Below, in pieces: positions 12,773 through 26,092 of a stretch of DNA of 64,000 bases. The stretch is from assembly GCA_964106915.2 (NCBI GenBank), contig OZ066914.1; one strand, given 5' to 3'. The DNA is from Podarcis gaigeae. Lineage: Eukaryota. The notes under the pieces are model-generated. The model was not told the DNA's origin. It did no database searches and worked only from the letters and a program-made list of their open reading frames with translations. Position 1 is the first letter of the stretch. Each line of letters opens with the position of its first letter. Position numbers and translations under genes: made by a program.

Positions 12773-13503
12773 TGAGTAAAACCTTCTGCTGGGTCCCAGA
12801 ATTGAAGGCTGCGAGCTTCTCTGTTTTGCTGCTCATCGCGGATGGGAAACTTGCCTTCTGAGGAGTGTGGCATCCATGCATGCGCAGTTGCTGTGCTCCA
12901 GTGCACAGTTTGCAACTGCCAGCCTTAAACACACACACAGATTCAAATAAGTCTAAGATCGGAGGTAGCCATGTGGTCAAACTCTTTGCAAGGCAGGATT
13001 TTAAGCAGAGCAACTTCTCTGATGACACTATCATGTGTGGCAGCTTCTGACTAAGAAGGGGCGGTGTGCATCATGTGACTTCGCACGCACAACATCCCAA
13101 CGTCGTACATGTGATGTCAGGATGTTGCATTGTGCACGCATCATTGGGCCGAGTGCACATCCCAGCATTGCATGGGTGATGTCACACATGCATGACACAT
13201 GTGTGATGTCACACACACGAGTGATGCTGCCCAATCTGGGGCACAACTTGACACCTCTGCCACTGTGAGAACAGGATGCTGAAGTAGATGGTCCCTGGCC
13301 TGATCGATCAGGGCTGTTATTACATTCTTATGGTTGTCACGATGTTCTTTATACAGGAAGGGCAGAGTTGAGGCCCATATGAAACCAGTTATGGGAAGAT
13401 ATTTGACTTAAATACTAACACTGAGCCATGTAGACAGTTGTGGCCTTTTTCATATGCAGCCTTGGTCTTATCCTTTCTTACGGTCTTTTTCTTTCCTTGC
13501 CAG

Positions 13504-13597
13504 AGTTCGCCTATGGAGGGCATCCCTACCCTTTCAGCGGGATTTTCGAAATCACACCAGGCAGTGCTGTGGAGCTTGGCGAGACCTTTAAATTCAA
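13504..13597 (+). CDS. DESI2: DESI2-like coding exon 3: (E)[30 protein letters not shown](K)
   Basis: cag acceptor at 13501-13503; gtaagg donor at 13598; 94 nt. Phase 1 in and phase 2 out, matching the neighbouring exons. Confidence 0.95.
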
Positions 13598-14953
13598 GTA
13601 AGGGCCTTTCCTTCTCCTCTCAACATCTGCTGTCCTGCAGCCCATGAATTGTCAAAAGGGCAATGCATTTTTAGGGAAGCACTTGACAACTGGTGGCAGC
13701 ATTCCCACATCCCAATAAACCATAGTTAATGAATGTGTGAATGACTCCCACGTTCCTGTTTAAATTATGTCATTAAATACACAAGATGGACAGCAACAAA
13801 AATCTTCCCAGCATATCACCTCCTTGCAGGTTTATGTACACACTGGGTCAACCTGCACATCACAGTATACCATAGTTTCTGGTTTGTTTTCCTCAAACAA
13901 ACCATGCTTGGTAAACCAAGATCAAACCTTGGCTTCTCAATATAGTTTGTTTGGAATGAATGAAAACTCAGCTTCTGGTTTTCAGATGTAATACTAAGCC
14001 AGGAATTGGAGTGTGTTGTTCCTTCTCATGCTGACACCACTTGCTGCACTGTTTCCCCCCTGGACTACATGTGAGGAGCCCATGCTGCAGCTTTGCCCCA
14101 TGCCAACATCCTTCATCTATGACTTTGGGATGGCACTGGCTTGGGGTGCAACTATAGCATGGGATTCTCCTCCAAATGGTCTGCGACTTCTCATATTACC
14201 GCCCATGGGCCAGGGCATTTATTGCCAAGTAGAATGAACAGCAATGAATGTGCCAAGGACTTTGGCCCAAGAGACAGAAAATATTTGGGCAATCTGTTGT
14301 AATCACACATTTTTGTGTGCAATCACAATTTATATACATAAATGTTGCCCAAGCAAGTTGTGCCATGCAGCATGATGAATCCATCTGCTAAAGGCAGCAC
14401 CAGCAGGGAATACAAGACCCAGAGTGTTTTTGTATAGTCCCCCAAACTTCCACTATAGTGTCCTCTTAAACAGATATGCCATTGCATCCAGTCCAATGCT
14501 TCATTCATGTACAAAACCCTATATGGTATAGACCTCGGTTCCATTTAAAAATTTAGCTCTCACCTCAAATTTTAAAGCTAGAATGTAAATTTAGAAAAGT
14601 GCACGTTGAGGCAGACTTATGAAAATGAGCCAGGCTTTTGCATTTCCAGAGGGGGTCTTGACTACCCAAATCATCTCCTTAATCCCCCCCATTGGTTTTC
14701 TGGTGCATAAGTTGCTGATGCAGAGGCTCAAGGATGGAGAGCTTACAAAAAATATTACAAACTCAGTCCTGTTGCATGTACCATTAAACATTTTTAAACT
14801 ATGTGAAGTTTAAACCCCAAACTATATCAGTAGAGCTCAAACCTACACTCTGTTTAGCATATTTTCCTCTCTCCTTCTCTTTTAAAAGAGAATATAAAAA
14901 TAGATTATGCTAGTACTATATCCTGTGTGCATGGCAAGAATGGTTTCTAATTA

Positions 14954-15122
14954 CCATATTTTTTGCACCATAACACTCACTTTTTTCCTCCTAGAAAGTA
15001 AAGGGAAATGTCTGTGCGTGTTATGGAGGGAATGCCTACAGGTGGAATGCCTACGGATTTTCCTCCTCTAAAAACTATGTGCGTGTTATGGTCGGGTGCG
15101 TGTTATACAGCGAAAAATACGG
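14954..15122. mobile_element. Tc1/mariner (Tc2-like) MITE
   Basis: TA|CCATATTTTTTGC...GCGAAAAATACGG|TA termini. Confidence 0.75.
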
Positions 15123-15361
15123 TAATTGTGTGAGGTTATTGTGTTGTTTTTAAGCTGAGCACTATCTGAATTACTTTCTAAGCTGTTTAAGTCTGTAGCA
15201 TTACTCTGTTCCAACATTCCATAAGGATTCCATCCTTGGCTCTATCTGCCAGGTAAAATATATCTGTACTACAGTGACTCTCTCCTGGGCTGCCTTAACA
15301 TCTTTCATGATTATCTTGCTGAATGTTCCCTGCTTTTGATGCTTACCTTTGCTTAACCCAG

Positions 15362-15503
15362 AGAATCCATTGCCTTGGGCACTACAGACTTTACAGAAGA
15401 AGATGTGGATAAAATCATGGAGGAACTGGGCAAGGAGTACAAGGGCAATGCCTACCATCTCATGCACAAGAATTGCAATCACTTTTCAGCTGCTCTGGCA
15501 GAG
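15362..15503 (+). CDS. DESI2: DESI2-like coding exon 4: [47 protein letters not shown]
   Basis: ccag acceptor ending at 15361; gttggt donor at 15504; 142 nt. Catalytic Cys (TGC 15474-15476) lies in the NCNHF motif. Confidence 0.95.
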
Positions 15504-16079
15504 GTTGGTTCATCTTCCATTCTGTTTCTGTGTAGTGTACTTGTATGGCACTTTGGCCTCCAGCCGTGAACAGGTCTCTGATCAGAACATTGTTCTTCAG
15601 TCACCCTTCGCACTAGCCTGATGGGCATTTACCCTTTGAGAGCTTTTACAAGCATAGCACTGAGTAGTAGTTGGTCTACAATGGGTAATTAGGCAGCTAT
15701 GAGGGTGGCCATAATGTATCTATGTGCAAGTAGAAAGACACAATCAATGTAGCTCTCCTATTCGGATGTTCAATGCATAGGGAATCTCCAGATTTAGGGA
15801 GGAAAAGGTATGGGACAGCAGTAGCTGGAGGAGAGCACTGCGTGGATGAAGGGCAATTAAAGGAGTCACAAGGGGCTCACAATCCACATTGTGCCAAAGT
15901 ATGGACAGGTCTTGAGTTGAGTTACTTCTGTACCGCTCTGTACCGCTGCTTCCTATTCTTTGCCTGTTTGCATTGCAAATACGATAGCCATACTTCTCAT
16001 TGGTTACCCTGTCAATCAGCACAACGGTGCCTTGATCTCACAGTGAGCTGTACCCTTACATTACATTATAGGGCCTTTG

Positions 16080-16080
<1 letters not shown>

Positions 16081-16126
<46 letters not shown>
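16081..16126. repeat. (GTA)n microsatellite at the tail of a minus-strand L2-like fragment (~16126-16230)
   Basis: Read directly; the adjacent sequence is the reverse complement of the L2 tail seen at 47520-47645. Confidence 0.85.
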
Positions 16127-17971
16127 ATTCTTATACCCCACCCATCTGACTGGGTTGCCCCTGTCTCTCTGGGTGGCTTACAACAAATTCAGCATCAAAC
16201 ATTAAAAACTTCTTGAAACAGGTCTGCCATTAGGGATTTGGGGGGGGGGGGGGAGGCAATTAGCCTTGAGGGGAGGGGACTCCCATTAGTATCAGGTCAT
16301 CCGTAGCCCAGAAAAGTTTGAAACAGCAGCACAGGCTCAGCTTTTTTCATGGCTGCTCTGCCCCAGAATGGATATGCCATTTGGGGCCCCAGTCTTCACC
16401 ATGCAAATCCTTTGGTATTCCTCCTTTGCACTAGGAATGAAACCTGAAACCCCTGGGCACAAGACCTTTGACCAGAAAGGCACTTGGCGATTAGCCGATG
16501 TTTCCCCTGCTCCCTTTTGTAGTTGCACAAATTAACGCTGATTACTCATCAGTTCCTCCTGATTGCTGCTCCCAGCTGCTCCCCTTGGCAATGCATCCTT
16601 GAGATGAAGTGTCCATAATTAGGAAATTGATTAGGAGCCACAAACTTGCTTTGTTTGAAAGGCATCCTTCTTGAAATCACAGAGTAGAGCTGCTCTCACT
16701 AAAAGAGCTGCTACTGTACTTTCCACTTTCAAAAGGGGGGAGGGGAATTCAACATGGCCCTGCTCTCAACTGTGATATCTTTCAGATTTGTATGTGCAAT
16801 CCATATGAAGTGTCATAGAAAAGGTCATAAACTGCTGTTATCACACAGCAACTCCCCATTCCCTGAGCTATTTATGTGTCTCCTGACTGCTATAAAACTC
16901 TTCTGCATTTTTTTTAACATAATGAAAGAGGCAGAGAGGAAAAGGCCGAATCAGTCATTCCGACCTGTTCGGCAGCCTCTAAGGCCGCAGGTGAAAGAAT
17001 TGCAAAACCTTTGACAGCTGGGTATACAGTATTGCTTGTCACACTGTAGCTGTGAATAATGAGGTCTGATGGTCCCTTCTGCTTAACTCTTCCCCTGCCA
17101 TCACTTTTCCACTGGTATCTCCCTGTCCCCCCCCCGTCCCCCCCCACTTTTAGTCCTGTGAGGTTTTAAACTCATACTTGCAAGGTAAACAAGGTTTGGG
17201 ACACTGGTGGGTTGGCTGGCATCCATCTGTCTTAGGAGGCAATGGAACAGTGCTTTCAGGGGTGAAGTCAAACTGTTGGAGAGTTACTGCAACTGGAGAG
17301 TGCTGCAGAAGGAAAGCAACCGAGAGGAGAGAGGGTTAATCACCTGCTTCCCTCCCAGATGCACAGTCCCCTCCCCAAAGGCACTTTGCAATGGAAAAGG
17401 GGTTGGTAGGGTTTCATTCAATGTGGGTGCAGCTTAGCTGTGTAGTTTAATAAGTCAAATTACTCAGGTATACCTGAGCTGCATTTCCTCCGAAGTCTTT
17501 GAGAGGGGAAATGGGCTGTGTAGGCGTGTGATGTGTTCTTTTCTTCCCGGACTCTGTGGGATGTCGATTCAGAACGTTAAGCATCTCGAGGCATTTTCTA
17601 AATTGCCATATCATCTCTCTCAAACCGAGTAGATGCATTTTAAGTTGGAAGTGATTATATTTCAGGCCAGGATTCAAGTGCAATTATTATTTTGAAGGTT
17701 CCTTTCCCCCACATTGTCTTCTTGGATTTGATTGATAGAGTGACTTGTGGAAAGTATTTGCATCTTAGCAACTGGAGCCACTTCTCTTCCTACGGCACTG
17801 GCATGTTTCTCATGTTGGGAGTTGTATCCTTTGTGATAGCAGTGAAGATGAGTTTGTCCTCAGCCAGGCCCCACCTTTTTACTTACTTCCAGGCCAGGGG
17901 GTGGCCAGAGCAGTCAGTTCCCTCTTCCTTAGTCTCACACTTGCCCTTGCAGAACCCAACAATGAAGAGGA

Positions 17972-18106
17972 TGGAGACAAGCTCAGTCAATGAGACTCTT
18001 AATCTCAGGATCGTTTGTTGGGGCCCCACGTTAGGCAAATGTATCCTGCATTGCCGGGGGTTGGACTAGATGGTGCTTTTCGTCCCTTCCAACTTTGATT
18101 CTATGA
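17972..18106 (+). mobile_element. tRNA(Lys)-like head / CR1-tail SINE
   Basis: agctcagtc...gagactcttaatctcagg head joined to a gggttggactagatg...ttctatga CR1 tail; homologous to the copy at 35140. Confidence 0.65.
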
Positions 18107-20981
18107 AAAACTAGAATTAGCTGGCTCTGCTGTCATTGGCTCTGTTGCCTTCTACTGTTGGCCTCCTTGCCTCCCACTCCGCCAGTCTCAATGGGCACTA
18201 GCCATACTACGCTGTAGTAGTTTTGCATGAGCAGAAAGCAGTTTCACTCATGCAAGTTTTGGTACCCAGTTTCCACCTACCTTGTTGTGCAATGTCTCTT
18301 TAAAAGACAAGCTGGAAGCTTTCACTTTTGCAGCTGAATCCTGTATGAGGGCCCTCTCATACTCTCCAAGTAGCCCAATATTCCTGGGACAATCCCGGAA
18401 TTATGTGCTGGGTCCCATTGGTGTAGTGGTGGTGGCAGGAATCAGAAGCCCTGGAAAATGGCATTTCGCCGTGGATATGGTTCCTAACATGGTGCTGCGG
18501 CCTAATGACAGCTGACACAGAAGTCTTTCTCATTGCTGCCACCACTGCCAGCAAAGTTTCAGTGGTGAAGGGAAGGGGGCAGCTGCAGCAATGAGTGTGA
18601 TTGATGCTAATGTAATTATGAACTAAGCCTGAATGTTGGAAGAGTTTGGGATTATCTGGAAGTTCCAAACTGGATTTGGGAGTTTGGGATTGTCTGGAAG
18701 TTCATATTCTGCACTCTCCAGTTCCGAACTTCGGCTGCATTACTATATAAGAGTTACAGGCCTTGTTTTTAATACAGTTTGGTAAGCACAAGGCCAATAG
18801 GTGCCAGATCAGCTTTTCCCACATCACTTGTTCAAGGTCAATACCAAGCCGTAATACATAACATCTTATATCTAGCACAGTGTAATCATAATACTCCTTT
18901 AGCCATTAATTGTGGCTGTCCTGACAGTGGCCATGTAGCAACACCTACTGGGATAGGGGGAGAAAATCCATTTTGTGTCAATGCAGTAAACTTGCAGCAT
19001 ACTGTAAGATGACTTACAGTTGTTCATCCATTCAGAGTCAAAGCCATTATTCTCAAGTGTCACCAGTAATCTTAGTCTTAATTATAACCAAGCCTTCCCC
19101 AGAGAGCCACTTGTTACCTTCCCTGTCATCCTGCAGCTGCTCCCTGTACTTAAAAATCTTCATCTCAAGGACTTTCATGCATAAAAAAGCAGAACTGCAT
19201 TTCAACCAAGCTCTTTGGATCGCAGAAGTGTGGGGACTCATGCATATTGCAAGGGTGTCAGGCTTGCTTCTCCGAGACCTTATTGGCTAGACTAGCCTTC
19301 CCCAGCCTGGCGTCTTCAAGGTGTTTTGAACTCCAGCTCCCATCAGTCTCAGCCAACATGGCCAGAGAGGTGATGGGAGTTGATCAGAGGTGATGGGAGT
19401 TGTAGTCTAAAACATCTGGAGGACACCAGGCTGAGGAAGGCTGGGTTAAGTTGCAGTTATTCACATTGACAAGCTTCCTTGCTCTATTCAGAGGGGCAGG
19501 TTTAAATTTTTGGAGCCCAGAGCCTGAAGAACTTTGACTCACCACAGCAGCCTACTTGAATTTATACCCATTCTCCTTTTAAAAACTAATAATCAAAGAA
19601 ACTTACAGTGAAAAAACAAGGTAAGGGGGGGGGGAATACACATAAAAACAGCACTCATTAAAGCAATAATATTAAAACTTCAGCAAGAACATCATCAAAC
19701 ATCCAAAGAAAACAGTGATCACCAATTAAAAGCTGGCTTCCCTTCAAAATGCGGAAAGACAGGGAGGGAGCCTAGTGAATTGCCACTGAGTGGGGCCACT
19801 GCTGAGAAGGCTCGGCCTCTTGTATCCACCTATGTGGATGGGAAAGACAGCAAGGTCTCCAAGCCTGGTTTTGTAGGGGAGCAGGCAGTTTCTGAGGTAA
19901 CCTGGTTCTAAGCCATTTAGCGCTTCTTCTTACAATCTAGACTAGGCCTTCACAACATTTGCCCTACAAAGCCCCCCATAGCTTACCAGGGGGCATGTTT
20001 GAGACATGTTGTTGCACATGCTTTTCCTGCTAAATGTCCCAAGTTAAATCTGTGGCATCTCCAGGGAGGGCCAAGTTAGGCCTCTGTCTGGAACTTTGGA
20101 GAGCCACTACTTGTCATTGAAGAAAATACTGAGCTCAATGGAGAAATGGTCTGATTTGGTGTGTGACACCTCACAATAAGAACATAAGAGCCTGCTGGAT
20201 CAGGCCAATAGCCCATATAGTGCACTATCCTGGTCTCACAGCAGCCAGCCAACCAGATGCCTGTGTGAAATCCATATGCAGAACCTGAGCCCAAGAGGAC
20301 TCTCTTCTCTGCCATGGTTTCCAACAACTAGTATTCGGAAGTATTTCTGCTTCTGACCTATGCTCTGTGTCACACAGACCACAAGGCATGACTGGTCAGA
20401 TGCTTTAGCTTTGGTTAAGAAGTTGTTCAGGCCTGTTCTATAGAAACTGAAGCCCCAGCCAGGAGGTGATCTGGCAGGCCTACATTAGTTCCACAAAATC
20501 ACAGTCCTAGAACAGGCAGAGATGTTACCTTCTTTAGATCAACTTCCAAGCAGAAAGCCAGATGACTGCAGAGGTCTCTAGGCCAGCTACTGTTGGCTTG
20601 GTTTCAGAAGCTTTCTGGTTCTCCCTTTTCTCGCTGTGGGATCTTGTTTCACAGCAGGCATTGCAGGGCTTGCCTCTCCACCCCTGCTCATTTGCCATGC
20701 TCTCTCAGCGCTGCAAGATGAAGGCCGTTCTGTCCCTAGAGCTTGCGTGTAGAATGGATTTTATGGCCTGTTGCCACTTGCCTAGTTTGTTTTGTTACTT
20801 CTTGTAGGTCTTCTGTTTCCCTCTTCAGGGAAGTGTATGGTCTTCCCTTCCTTGACCCCACTGCCTGCAGTAGATGTTGAACAAATCCAGCTTAGGACTG
20901 TATTCTGGTGGTATGTGGGCATGTTCGTATTTAAACGAAGTGAGGAGTATGTTTTATTTCCCGGAAATCTTCCATATAGGG

Positions 20982-21231
20982 CATGAGTAGGGAAACTAAG
21001 GCCTGGGGGCCAGATCTGGCCCAATCGCCTTCTCAATACAGCCCGCGGACGGTCCAGGAATCAGCGTGTTTTTACATGAGTAGAATGTGTCCTTTTATTT
21101 AAAATCCAGCTCAGGTTATTTGTGAGGCATAGGAATTCGTTCATTCTTTTTTTTCAAAATATAGTCTGGCCCCCAACAAAGTCTGAGGTACACTGGACCA
21201 GCCCCCTGCTGAAAAAGTTTGCTGAGCCCTG
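20982..21231 (-). mobile_element. hAT MITE family A
   Basis: Reverse complement of the 508/58514 family; TSD atataggg. Confidence 0.8.
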
Positions 21232-21509
21232 ATATAGGGGGATTACACAGTTTAGGTTGCAAGTGGTGGTTTTGCCAGGACAAAACTGTAAGGTCCAGAG
21301 CCCTGCTCAGCAAACTGAGCAGGAAGGCCGCCTAACACAACAGGGCAAGCAGTGTCTGTTTAAAATAAGAGAAGCAGTACACACTCTCTAAAGCAGGAGT
21401 ACTGAACCTTTCCTGGCCTGAAGGCCACTTTCACCTTTGACCAACCTTCTGGAGTCCACATGCCAGTTGCAAGGGTGGACATAGAACTCTTCCACAAGCA
21501 CCCTCACAT

Positions 21510-21525
21510 GCACACACACACACAC

Positions 21526-21560
<35 letters not shown>

Positions 21561-21561
21561 C
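21510..21561. repeat. (CA)n(GACA)n microsatellite
   Basis: Read directly from the sequence. Confidence 0.9.
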
Positions 21562-22062
21562 CCATTCCTTAACTGATCCATGCAGCTACGCTGAGGAGGG
21601 GGTTATGGTTATTACCTTCGCTCTGCTCATGACATGATCGATCTAATGACCAGGAAGGGTAAGCTGTATGCTCATCAGGTTGCTGCATCCCACTCACTCC
21701 AGCACAGTGTCTGCTTTCATTAAAATCTTTTGCAGTTGCTGTCGCCAAAGTCAGCAGGGTCTTGCGGGGGGGGGGGGGAGGTGTCCAGAAAAAAAATCTT
21801 ATGAGTGGGGGAGACTTACAAATCAAAGGTTAGATCTCCTGATCTAAAGAGTGCCCCCCATGAAACCATTAAGTCCAAAGTCTCAAATTACCTGACTGCA
21901 CCCCCAATCACAAGTTGCCCAAATAGTTGAAATGCCAACTTGCCAAGTGTTTTCCTCTTTGCTTTCGGAGTTTATGTGACACTTCCACATGGTCTGTGTG
22001 CTTCACTTCCAAAATAGAACGTTGCAGTGATATGTGGCATCACTTCTCTCCCACCTCCCCAC

Positions 22063-22152
22063 CATAGCTGTCAACGTTTCCCTTTTTTTAAGGGAAATTC
22101 CCTTATTCTGAACAGGATTCCTTGCAAGAAAAGGGAGAAGTTGACAGCTATG
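22063..22152. mobile_element. 90-bp hAT MITE with CATAGCTGTCAA TIRs
   Basis: Perfect 13-bp TIR catagctgtcaac/gttgacagctatg; 8-bp TSD ctccccac. Confidence 0.85.
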
Positions 22153-22277
22153 CTCCCCACCCCTGGACACATGAACAGGCATGGGGAGGTGACCGTGTGA
22201 GGAGCAATCACCTTTCATCAGGCACCTATGATATAACGGTTACCTGTTGTTGTCGCTCTTCTGTCCATTTCCCCCAG

Positions 22278-22520
22278 ATCCTGTGTGGGAAGGAAATCCC
22301 CCGCTGGGTGAACCGCCTGGCCTACTTCAGCTCCTGCATTCCCTTCCTGCAAAGCTGCCTGCCCAAGGAATGGCTGACTCCAGCAGCCCTGCAGAGCCAC
22401 ATCAGCCTCGGCCTCCACAAGGAAGAGCAGGGAGACACCACCGACGAGGAATCCCCGTCCACTTCCGCAGCGGCCTCTGCCTCAGGCCCTTCACGGACCT
22501 GCAGACACACAAGAGTCTGA
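22278..22520 (+). CDS. DESI2: DESI2-like last coding exon: [39 protein letters not shown]...CRHTRV*
   Basis: tttcccccag acceptor ending at 22277, phase 0; TGA at 22518-22520. IPRWVNRLA is the PPPDE C-terminal motif. Confidence 0.95.
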   Translation: MLCGKEIPRWVNRLAYFSSCIPFLQSCLPKEWLTPAALQSHISLGLHKEEQGDTTDEESPSTSAAASASGPSRTCRHTRV

Positions 22521-23664
22521 ACTGTGCCTGGAGGAGCCGCCCTGCCCAGCCTCTGCCTCTGCCCCATTGCCTGGTCACTTGCCATTGACATCCTTCTCCG
22601 AGGACACTGGACAGCCTCGCCTCTCAAGGAGAAGATGAACGCCCTTGCCTCTTTTTTTAAAGGACAGCTTGTTTCTCAGCCGCGTCACTCCAGAACTCCG
22701 TCAAAGAGTGTGGGGTTTAAGCTCCTGAGGCTAGGTGGTACTCTTTGATTTTAAATACACAAAACGAAACAAAAACTGCTGGAATCATGGGGATGTGGCA
22801 CAGCAGGCCTGAAGGGAAGCCACACGGAGAAGTCCCCTACCTGGGACTCTTTTAATCCCCTGCCTCCTCCAGCAGTGACCACAAAAACACCTTCTCTCCT
22901 GTTTTTCTGAGGTGGCAACTTACCCATAGTGCACCTCTTTTAAGTACCAAAATCAGAGCTTACCTTTCTCACCCCAAGACCAGCAACAAGCTCCAGTTAA
23001 ATCTCCTCAGTTTTCTTTCTTTTTGTCATCACTAGGTTCTAAAAACCATCTGAAGGATAAATGAAAGGTGCTGCCCTTCTACCGCCGCAGATTATGATTA
23101 TTATGATTATTTTGTGAGTTAGAATATTGTATAAGAGACCGAAGGACTTGTTACCCTTCAACTACAATAGCAAAATTAATCTAAAAAAATAATAATGAAT
23201 GTGTGAGTCTGACTTTTTATTTATTTATTAGAGCGAGTGAGAGGAAGACACACAATAGTCAAGTTTGTAACTCCTTTCTGAGCAGAGGTTCTCAGGCCTT
23301 TAATCCGGGAACCTGTGTCCCTCTAGCTGTGGCTGAATTATAACGGCCAATGCAGAGCTAGCTACCAAAACAGAGTCACAGCTCCTATTTAAGGCTCTGA
23401 CTGAGGATGACTGCAAATATAGTAACTTCTGAGATAGGGTCTCATGAAGCCTTCAGCCTGAGCCCAGCATGGAGCTGTCCTGAATACGTACCTAAGTGGG
23501 GGCCGGTGCTCACAACAGAACAAAAGCACCACTTCTTAAGACTTTCTTCGTAGGGAAATGTTGCTCCACCTGCACTCCCCACACAATCAGGTCCCAAGTT
23601 CAATCCCTGGGATATCCAGGTAGTAAAGACCTCTGTCTAAGACTGGCAGTCAGGATACACTATA

Positions 23665-23915
23665 CAGTGGTACCTTAGTTGTCGAACTTATTCCGTTTCG
23701 GGAGTCCATTCGACTCCCGGAACAGTTTGAAAACCAAGGTGCGACTTCCGATTGGCTGCAGGAGCTTCCTGCACTCAAGCGGAAGCTGTGGAAGCTGCGT
23801 CAGACGTTCGGCTTCCAAAAAATGTTTGCAAACCGGAACACTCACTTCCGGTTTCACAGCTTTTGGGAGCCAATTTGTTTGACACCCAAGCTGTTCGACA
23901 ACCAAGGTACCACTG
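23665..23915. mobile_element. Tc1/mariner (Tigger-like) MITE subfamily 2, nested in a tRNA/CR1-tail SINE (~23550-23960)
   Basis: TA|CAGTGGTACC...GGTACCACTG|TA termini. Confidence 0.85.
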
Positions 23916-24046
23916 TACTGAGGTGGCTAGACCAATGGGCTGAAAGCAGCTGAAAATATGTTAGGTTTGGCTTTATTTTTTTTTAAAAGGTAAGGCAAAT
24001 AGAACTGTACATTCCAGAGGCAAAGGTGGGCAGTTCCTGTGTACAG

Positions 24047-24294
24047 AGAGCCAGTGTGGTGTAGTGGTTAAGAGCGGTAGTCTCGTAATCTGGTGAACCG
24101 GGTTCGCTTCTCCGCTCCTCCACATGCAGCTGCTGGGTGACCTTGGGCTAGTCATACTTCTTTTAAGTCTCTCAGCCTCACTCACCTCACAGAGTGTTTG
24201 TTGAGGGGGAGGAAGGGAAAGGAGAATGTTAGCTGCTTTGAGACTCCTTCGGGTAGTGATAAAGCGGGATATCAAATCCAAACTCTTCTTCTTC
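24047..24294 (+). mobile_element. Squam3-like tRNA-derived SINE
   Basis: A-box TGGTGTAGTGG, B-box GGTTCG, CORE-like gctgggtgaccttgggc and (TTC)n tail; tacag direct repeat on both sides. Confidence 0.8.
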
Positions 24295-25251
24295 TACAGC
24301 AGGTTACCTGCCAGTCATGCAAAAGCCATAGGTTTCATATATATATGCACTCATGCATGTATCACCATCCTCCATCCAGGAAGGAAGAGGCAGCATCACA
24401 GTTCCAGGGCACATTCCAGCCAGGCAAAAGCCCTTGAAGAGAGTGTGCAGCATGGCTCCTGGGAAGGGCCCTGAGAGCTGAACAGACAGAACTAGAAGGC
24501 CACATTTGGCCCCGAAGCCAAAAATTTATATAATGACGTGTTGGTTCCTTCCTTCCAATCCTTTCCCTAATCATGCCTAGCATGGTTTTGTTCATTCCCA
24601 GCATTCCAAAATGTCCTTTTCTGTGAGCTTTGTACTGTGACCCTCCAATATCTCGATCTTTGGCAAAGTGCTTTATGTGAGACAAAATGCCATCTATGTA
24701 GCAGCTCTGTGGGTGAGACCCCTTGGTCTCCACTGCTAGTTACACCACTGAGACGTCTTATGTGAAGACTGCCAGTTTTTTTTTTTTTGCAAATCAAATC
24801 TTCAAATGCTAACAAGAGCCCATAGGATGAGATGCAGTGGAGGAGTGGCAAGATTGCAAATGGTCCAAGGCAGCCCAGGCCAGACAGGAACAAAGTAAAT
24901 TGCCTTGCACCAGGCCTCTAGTTCATCTTCCTCAGCATGTGTGGGGCAGTGGCAGACTTTGGGTTTTTAAATTTCAGCGGCCCTCTGTGCAACGCCAAAT
25001 CCTACCCTCCAGCTGCCTTTCATCTTCTTTGATTTTTCATTGTTGCAGCATTCCTTGCAGTGCCCTCTTACCTTGATACCCAGTGTGGATGAAATGGTCA
25101 CACACCCCTAAATCCGGGGGCAGGGCGGGCAGGAGAGCAGGGAAGTCTAATTGCTCCAGCGTAAATTCATGAACTGACAGGGTTCTTACCCTGTGCCGTT
25201 GCATTAAATACAAGCCTGTACAAGCTTCATTTTCTTTCAGGGTGGTAAAGG

Positions 25252-25431
25252 TAGGGTTTCCATACGTCCAGAATTTCCCGTTGGAAACAGTGTCCTGGTG
25301 GAAATCGCTGAAATGTCCAGGGAAATCCAGACGTACGACAACCCACGTCAAAAGTGTAGATTTTGGCAAATTTCCTTAAGAAATTCATGATGGTTTTTTT
25401 TTATTATCACTTTTTGAAATATGGCAACCCT
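25252..25431. mobile_element. hAT (Blackjack-like) MITE
   Basis: Inverted termini tagggtttccata...tatggcaaccct; degenerate TSD. Confidence 0.6.
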
Positions 25432-25642
25432 CGTAATGGGGTTTCAGTCTGAGTGCACACTGGCCCCTGGGTGCAGACATCAGTTACTGCTCAGGTTCTG
25501 ATGTTTAGAGAAGGGCCATTGCTCAGCCATGGGGCATCTGCATTCCATACAAGGTCCCAGGTTCAGTCTCTGGTATCTCCAGGTAGGGCTGAGAAAGACA
25601 TCCTGCCTGAAACCTGGACAGCCACTGACAGTGTAGACAATA

Positions 25643-25860
25643 CAGTGGTACCTCGAGTTACAAACGCTTCGGGTTACAAACTCCGCTAACCCCAAAGTAG
25701 TTGCTCCAGGTTTCAAATTTTGCCCCAGAATGAGAATGGAAATCACACGGCGGGAGCAGCAGGAGGCCTCATTAGCGAAAGCGCGCCTCAGGTTAAGAAC
25801 AGTTTCAGTTTAAGAACGGACCGCCGGAACAAATTAAGTTCGTAACCTGAGGCACCACTG
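25643..25860. mobile_element. Tigger-like MITE subfamily 1, nested in a tRNA/CR1-tail SINE (~25512-25903)
   Basis: TA|CAGTGGTACCTC...GAGGCACCACTG termini; homologous to the copies at 28364, 32767, 34869 and 53004. Confidence 0.85.
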
Positions 25861-26044
25861 AACTGAGCTTAGGTGATCTGACTCAGTATAGCACAGCTTC
25901 CTATATTCATAAATCCTAAAGCTTCTATTTGTAGTACGAGGTGTGTAAAAAAATGACAGATGAATCTTGATGGTGGACTGGGATTTTTTAATTGAAAAAA
26001 ATATTTTTAATACTTCTAATCCAACCATAGGTTCCGAAATGGAA

Positions 26045-26046
<2 letters not shown>

Positions 26047-26090
<44 letters not shown>
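26047..26090. repeat. (CA)n microsatellite
   Basis: Read directly from the sequence. Confidence 0.9.

Positions 26091-26092
<2 letters not shown>

Noticed and set aside
15773-16216. 147-aa ORF with poly-Val (and similar poly-Tyr, CV and ER ORFs elsewhere)
   Set aside because: Microsatellite translation artefacts.
22122-22277. N-terminal extension of the 132-aa ORF
   Set aside because: It starts inside a MITE in intron 4; the true exon begins at 22278.
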